DNA of 13,082 bases, taken from NCBI GenBank assembly GCA_029858305.1, contig JAOUFI010000059.1, positions 1-13,082 on the forward strand. The letters are read 5' to 3'. A program made the translations under genes and the position numbers. The stretch's first letter is position 1, and each line of letters starts with the position of its first letter. Positions 9,675 to 13,082 of this stretch are shown here, one piece after another. The notes beneath the pieces were generated by a model. It was not told the DNA's origin, did not search any database, and worked only from the letters and a program-made list of their open reading frames with translations. Source of the stretch: Candidatus Thorarchaeota archaeon. GTDB lineage: Archaea; Asgardarchaeota; Thorarchaeia; Thorarchaeales; Thorarchaeaceae.

Positions 9675-10304
9675 CTATAGTCTCTCATATCGAAATGTAC
9701 AGCGTTTGCCTCCTGATGCTATGGTTTCATATCGAGTGAATTTTATCCATTTTACCAAATAGTTGGCTAGCATGTCATCATAATCACACAGAATCGGTCC
9801 TAGCTCAGGTCGACCCGCTTCTCGAAGGATATCGAAGTAGAGACATTTCTGAATATCAAATCCAAAGCATTGGTCATCTTGTTGAATTTCGAGGACTTTG
9901 AAGAACTCATTATCATAATTTGCTCTGTTTCCCTTTCTTATCCACTCTATAAAAGCTCCCCAAGGATCGACACTCTCCTCGAGATGCCGAACCTCACTTT
10001 CGAAGAATGTCTGTAGCATTTCTTTATAGATACTAATGACAGACACTTTAAGTTGGGAGTATGATGCCTTTATCTCCCTTAAAGTATCATCAAGAGCCAT
10101 TACAAAGAGTGAATTAATACCATGCCTTTTTGCTAGGTGGATCGGCATCATGTGTTTGTAGTTATTATAATGTATCCTGAATTGCCTATCGTACAAACTA
10201 TGGAGTGCATCCCCTTTCTGCTCACCAAATAGCCTATGAAGCTCCCTACCTGTTAAAAGTGAAAAGTAATCTATGAGCTGTTGTATTTGATTGTCCTCAG
10301 TCAT
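9675..10304 (-). CDS. L-2-amino-thiazoline-4-carboxylic acid hydrolase-like family protein (function uncertain; possibly ligand-binding)
   Basis: The C-terminal FDIQKCLYFDIL...PELGPILCDYD...FTRYETIASGGKRCTFRY is the family signature with three Cys. Start moved to ATG 10304 (MTEDN), with GAGG upstream. Confidence 0.75.
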   Translation of the reverse strand: MTEDNQIQQLIDYFSLLTGRELHRLFGEQKGDALHSLYDRQFRIHYNNYKHMMPIHLAKRHGINSLFVMALDDTLREIKASYSQLKVSVISIYKEMLQTFFESEVRHLEESVDPWGAFIEWIRKGNRANYDNEFFKVLEIQQDDQCFGFDIQKCLYFDILREAGRPELGPILCDYDDMLANYLVKWIKFTRYETIASGGKRCTFRYERL

Positions 10305-10340
10305 GGTTCCTCGCCCTCTTGTTGGCACTTTTAGGAGTTT

Positions 10341-10425
10341 GGGATGGTCACAAATTGTGACTCCCTTGTGTGACCACAAGAAGTGGCTTTGCTATATATA
10401 CTGTTTCTAACTGTTACTTCTTGTG
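10341..10425. promoter_or_regulatory. Divergent promoter region: TATA box (TATATATA 10393-10400) framed by a 10-bp inverted repeat, plus nested palindromes (putative operators)
   Basis: CACAAGAAGT (10375-10384) and ACTTCTTGTG (10416-10425) are exact reverse complements. GTCACAA-A-TTGTGAC lies at 10347-10361 and CTTGTG-TGAC-CACAAG at 10365-10380. The TATA box ends 32 nt before ATG 10433. Confidence 0.55.
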
Positions 10426-10432
10426 AAAAATC

Positions 10433-10537
10433 ATGGCTCTAACAACTAACAACGAAACTTTTGCGAAGAATAACGCAATCCGAAGTGTTCCCCGCACTCA
10501 AGCTGTTGCTTATGCTTTCATTACACGTGTGAGGTAA
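10433..10537 (+). CDS. Micropeptide A (34 aa) MALTTNNETFAKNNAIRSVPRTQAVAYAFITRVR
   Basis: Hand translation. Paralogous to micropeptide C (same length, MALxTN start, R-x-x-A-h-A-Y-A-aromatic motif, ends AGG-TAA). Positioned for near-leaderless translation from the upstream TATA box. Confidence 0.7.
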   Translation: MALTTNNETFAKNNAIRSVPRTQAVAYAFITRVR

Positions 10538-10543
10538 TCTCCC

Positions 10544-10672
10544 ATGACACATACTGAGAATCATATCTCTGTGTTCTATTCAGATCCCACTTCAATAGCC
10601 AAGTGGTCACCGAGTGACCATGGATATGGTCATTCTTGCTCAGAAGTAGTAAAACCTGTGACCATCATATGA
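10544..10672 (+). CDS. Small ORF B (42 aa) MTHTENHISVFYSDPTSIAKWSPSDHGYGHSCSEVVKPVTII
   Basis: ATG lies 6 nt after the stop of A, with GAGGT (10531-10535) 8 nt upstream. The ORF fills the gap to C but overlaps strong palindromes, so coding status is uncertain. Confidence 0.4.
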   Translation: MTHTENHISVFYSDPTSIAKWSPSDHGYGHSCSEVVKPVTII

Positions 10673-10688
10673 TAGGTTGTGAATCATC

Positions 10689-10793
10689 ATGGCTTTAGAT
10701 ACTAACTCACATAATCGGAACAGGAAATACGAATCTCCACGTAATATTCAACGTGCAAAAGCATTAGCCTATGCTTATGCGTACAAGAGGTAA
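10689..10793 (+). CDS. Micropeptide C (34 aa) MALDTNSHNRNRKYESPRNIQRAKALAYAYAYKR
   Basis: Hand translation. Preceded by AGGTTGTGAA, the same element found upstream of the peptidase ATG 3018. Paralogous to A and D. Confidence 0.72.
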   Translation: MALDTNSHNRNRKYESPRNIQRAKALAYAYAYKR

Positions 10794-10798
10794 TTCAG

Positions 10799-10879
10799 AT
10801 GAATACTGACCAGAGGACAAAGAGACCTACAACCATCACCTCCACCCGTGCTATTGCAGAGGCTTACTTCAGAAGGTAG
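10799..10879 (+). CDS. Micropeptide D (26 aa) MNTDQRTKRPTTITSTRAIAEAYFRR
   Basis: ATG lies 5 nt after the stop of C, with GAGGT upstream. Shares A-h-A-x-A-aromatic...R-stop with A and C and ends AGG-TAG. Confidence 0.65.
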   Translation: MNTDQRTKRPTTITSTRAIAEAYFRR

Positions 10880-10885
10880 TTGATT

Positions 10886-11011
10886 ATGATTTTCGACAAT
10901 CTCTATCCCTTTCGAGAGGATTACTGCGTCGTACAAAATGTTTATAATGTAAACGGTTTATATTACAAATGGTTTGTACCACAAACTTATATGTGTTTGA
11001 CTGAATCATAA
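10886..11011 (+). CDS. Small ORF E (41 aa) MIFDNLYPFREDYCVVQNVYNVNGLYYKWFVPQTYMCLTES
   Basis: ATG lies 6 nt after the stop of D, with AAGGT upstream. Aromatic-rich with two Cys, and overlaps an AT-rich hairpin. Confidence 0.4.
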   Translation: MIFDNLYPFREDYCVVQNVYNVNGLYYKWFVPQTYMCLTES

Positions 11012-11026
11012 CAAAGGTGAATGATA

Positions 11027-11137
11027 ATGACTCTACGACTGACTTCAGACAAGCCCTGCTTGACATGGGAGAATAGGTCGATAAAGGTCCAGTCGTTTGG
11101 GGTATTATGTTATGGGAGTCAGACAATATCACAATGA
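11027..11137 (+). CDS. Small ORF F (36 aa) MTLRLTSDKPCLTWENRSIKVQSFGVLCYGSQTISQ
   Basis: Strong archaeal-type RBS AGGTGA (11015-11020) 6 nt upstream of ATG 11027 (an in-frame ATG also lies at 11021). Confidence 0.4.
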   Translation: MTLRLTSDKPCLTWENRSIKVQSFGVLCYGSQTISQ

Positions 11138-11185
11138 GCCATGATGTTTCAACTTACGCTTACACCGGATAAATCTCCTATCTCC

Positions 11186-11221
11186 GCAGCGGTCCCGGTA
11201 GTGTGATCACGGGGCCGCTGC
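11186..11221 (+). other. GC-rich 12-bp stem-loop (RNA structural element, processing/stability or termination signal)
   Basis: GCAGCGGTCCCG-GTAGTGTGATCA-CGGGGCCGCTGC forms 11 Watson-Crick pairs plus one G-U pair on the + strand. 26 of 36 nt are G/C in otherwise AT-rich surroundings. Confidence 0.65.
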
Positions 11222-11244
11222 TCCAAAATGGAGTGCTGATAGAA

Positions 11245-11361
11245 ATGAATCCTATTACAAACAACCTATGGCTTTATTCCATATCTCAGTCAAATAGACC
11301 TGAGAACTCTATCCCTCATTGTTCACTTCAGTGTCTTTTTCAGAGGAGTGATAAAAGATGA
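11245..11361 (+). CDS. Small ORF I (38 aa) MNPITNNLWLYSISQSNRPENSIPHCSLQCLFQRSDKR overlapping the MFS start
   Basis: GGAGTG (11230-11235) lies 9 nt upstream of the ATG, and its TGA overlaps the MFS ATG in an ATGA arrangement. Confidence 0.3.
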   Translation: MNPITNNLWLYSISQSNRPENSIPHCSLQCLFQRSDKR

Positions 11362-12878
11362 GTCGAATGAAATCTTTTCTTGGCTTACCAGAGGCAACTG
11401 AGAAGGTTCTTAGATTAGCCAAGATTATGGCTGTACTAGGTCCACTTGCCAACTTTACCTTTGTACTATCTACAACATTCTATGTAATCTTTGTAGCTGA
11501 GGCTTTGGGTGGCGGCCCTGGCATGTATTTGCAGGGCATGGGCCTTGTTGGCACGCTTGTTGTCATTCAAATGGTTGTTCAGACGATTCTTGATTACCCA
11601 ACTGGAGCAATCGGAGACTGGATCGGACAAAGATGGGTAGTATCTTCAGCAGCACTATGTTTCGCTCTGTCTTTCTACATGCTCTCCTTTGTCACGACGA
11701 CCACCCCATTCTGGTTTCTGGTAATCATCTATGTATTAGCAGGACTTGCTCAGAGTCAGCAGAGCGGTGCATGGGGCGCTTGGTTTGATAATAACTATCG
11801 AGTTGCAATGCCCGGGGATTCGGATCGAAAGCAGTACGGTGTTTTCTGGGGGCGTATGGGCATGATGATGCAAGTTGTTGCAACAGCTTCCCTCATTCCT
11901 GGGAGTGTGCTTGCTGTTGTCCTATCACGACCTTGGGTCTTTCAGTTTCAAGCTGTCTTAGCAGTCGTACTGGCCTTGATCTCCTTCAGATTAGTCCGGG
12001 ACTTTCCAGAGGTAGAGGCACAGCGTGAAAAACGCCCTGAAATGGGACAGTATATTTCAATATTGAAGGGAGGAGTAGGTTTTCTCTTCAAATATCCCTT
12101 TGTACGGTACATAACCATAGGCGGAATGATTGCCACTAGTAGTATCATGGTATGGGGTAATCTGATTCTCTTTCCGATGTATTATTTGTACCTCATAACT
12201 GACGTTGCAGTGGCGGGATTTAGAACCCTCCTTTTCATGCCTGGGATTTTTGCTCAGGAGCGATCCGGTATCTGGTCACGCAGATTCGAACCTAAGAAAT
12301 GGATTCCACGGTTTAGATTGATCCAGACATGTGGCTTTGTCTTTTTCTGGGTATTTGCAACTGTCATGTTTCTATTCCCTCCTGTTGCTAGTGAATCTGC
12401 GAATATCATCTCAATCTACTGGCCATTCACCGGAGTTGAGCTATTAACTCTCCCACTAGAGAATCTTCTACCAATTGGACTTATCTTTACAACATTTGTT
12501 GCCACGTCATTCTTCGGGGGCTTTGCCGACATACTAACACAGAGAGTGTTATTGGATGTTATTCCAAACCGAATTCGTAACAGCATGTACTCACTACTTC
12601 CGACAATTGCAACCGTATTTGCTATTCCTCAAATTGCTCTCTTTGGCTGGTTGATTACTCTTATTGGATTTCCTCTAACTCTGGCAAGTTGTGGGGTAGT
12701 ATCTCTCATTGGGGTAGTCCTAATCGTTCACGGTTTTAGACATGAGGTTCCCAAAGCTGAAGAAGCCACCTGGTCATCCCCAGCTCCAGAAGTGCAACCT
12801 AACGACGTAATCGCTGAGTCTGAAGTTGTTGCTGAACTCCCAGTATTGACCATCATTGACGAACCTACTGATGAGTGA
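11358..12878 (+). CDS. MFS transporter with acidic C-terminal tail
   Basis: About 12 TM segments, DYPTGAIGDWIGQR (motif A variant), QQSGAWGAWFDN and IPNRIRNSMYSL. RBS GAGGAGTGA at 11343-11351. Confidence 0.9.
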   Translation: MSRMKSFLGLPEATEKVLRLAKIMAVLGPLANFTFVLSTTFYVIFVAEALGGGPGMYLQGMGLVGTLVVIQMVVQTILDYPTGAIGDWIGQRWVVSSAALCFALSFYMLSFVTTTTPFWFLVIIYVLAGLAQSQQSGAWGAWFDNNYRVAMPGDSDRKQYGVFWGRMGMMMQVVATASLIPGSVLAVVLSRPWVFQFQAVLAVVLALISFRLVRDFPEVEAQREKRPEMGQYISILKGGVGFLFKYPFVRYITIGGMIATSSIMVWGNLILFPMYYLYLITDVAVAGFRTLLFMPGIFAQERSGIWSRRFEPKKWIPRFRLIQTCGFVFFWVFATVMFLFPPVASESANIISIYWPFTGVELLTLPLENLLPIGLIFTTFVATSFFGGFADILTQRVLLDVIPNRIRNSMYSLLPTIATVFAIPQIALFGWLITLIGFPLTLASCGVVSLIGVVLIVHGFRHEVPKAEEATWSSPAPEVQPNDVIAESEVVAELPVLTIIDEPTDE

Positions 12879-12897
12879 GTGATAATAAAGAATACCT

Positions 12898-12940
12898 GAA
12901 GTCATCATTCTGATGGCTTCTTCTTTATTCCTTCTATTTC
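12898..12940 (+). terminator. Hairpin plus pyrimidine/T-rich tract; probable terminator of the MFS gene
   Basis: GAAGTCATCA-TTC-TGATGGCTTC (10 bp, one G-U pair) is followed by TTCTTTATTCCTTCTATTTC, about 20 nt after the stop. Confidence 0.65.
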
Positions 12941-12996
12941 AGTCACAAGAGGAAAGTTAATACATGCCTGCGTGAAACCTGCCTCGGTGTTTTGGT

Positions 12997-13082
12997 TTGA
13001 GTGATAGACCTGGATTTCTTATGGTAACCCATTCAGGGTCGGGCCTTCAAACAATGGACTATGAAAGAAAAATGGTTCTTGA
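12997..13082 (+). CDS. Possible 5' end of a gene running out of the window (MSDRPGFLMVTHSGSGLQTMDYERKMVL...)
   Basis: Frame is open to the window end from TTG 12997, with GGTG 7 nt upstream and an AT-rich GAAAGTTAATA further upstream. Too short to identify. Confidence 0.3.
   Translation, partial: MSDRPGFLMVTHSGSGLQTMDYERKMVL

Noticed and set aside
10799-10879. Peptides as phospholamban/sarcolipin-like regulators of the SERCA-like pump (STRAIAEA loosely recalls phospholamban TRSAIRRA)
   Set aside because: None has a transmembrane helix, the similarity is only a few residues, and the ATPase gene is about 2.7 kb away in another unit.
10689-10879. C-termini as proteasome-gating HbYX motifs
   Set aside because: HbYX requires Tyr at the penultimate position, whereas these end YKR, YFRR and TRVR.
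10341-10880. CRISPR array or tandem DNA repeat interpretation of the recurring motifs
   Set aside because: No identical 24-40 nt repeats at regular spacing and no cas genes. The similarity is short and follows codon structure.
10884-11132. 82-aa minus-strand ORF from the track
   Set aside because: No recognisable motif or RBS, and it is antisense to + strand small ORFs that have better initiation signals.
11135-11221. Selenocysteine recoding of TGA 11135 with the GC hairpin acting as SECIS
   Set aside because: The hairpin lacks the AUGA/GA quartet with apical AA and the archaeal GAA/A bulge, and the read-through product has no selenoprotein-like motif.
2315-12148. Numerous 60-156 aa antisense or overlapping ORFs in the track (e.g. 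2315-2581, 2991-3239, 5594-6064, 7019-7333, 9102-9368, 9476-9739, 11948-12148)
   Set aside because: Shadow ORFs lying within or across well-supported genes, with no family motifs.
12996-13051. Possible stem-loop/ncRNA near the window end (GACCTG...ATGG-TAAC-CCAT...CAGGGTC)
   Set aside because: Pairing is interrupted, and the region is equally explained as the start of the next CDS.

Overview
Gene-dense prokaryotic window, most likely archaeal: GGTGA/GGAGG-type ribosome-binding sites, TATA-like promoters and the gene repertoire suggest this, and an Asgard/Thorarchaeia-like origin is inference only. In order it carries: the tail of a probable CofE-like gene; a pyruvate-kinase C-terminal-domain-only protein; a PadR regulator coupled to a HAAS-type membrane partner; an MFS transporter; an M24 Xaa-Pro peptidase; a YkgJ-like Cys-cluster protein; a SERCA-like P2A ATPase; a lysophospholipase-like hydrolase; 3-hydroxybutyryl-CoA dehydrogenase; an ATC-hydrolase-like protein; and a second MFS transporter. 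The most unusual part is the apparently empty ~1 kb between the last two genes (10305-11357). Read by hand, it is tiled on the + strand by closely spaced small ORFs of 26-42 aa, below the ORF-track cut-off. Three of them are paralogous basic micropeptides sharing a C-terminal A-[VLI]-A-[YE]-A-[FY]...R-stop motif, and their last codon plus stop doubles as the RBS of the next ORF. The array follows a TATA box framed by inverted repeats, contains repeated TGGTCAC/GTGACCA palindromes and a strong GC-rich hairpin, and ends with a small ORF overlapping the MFS start codon. It is a candidate undescribed micropeptide operon linked to a transporter.
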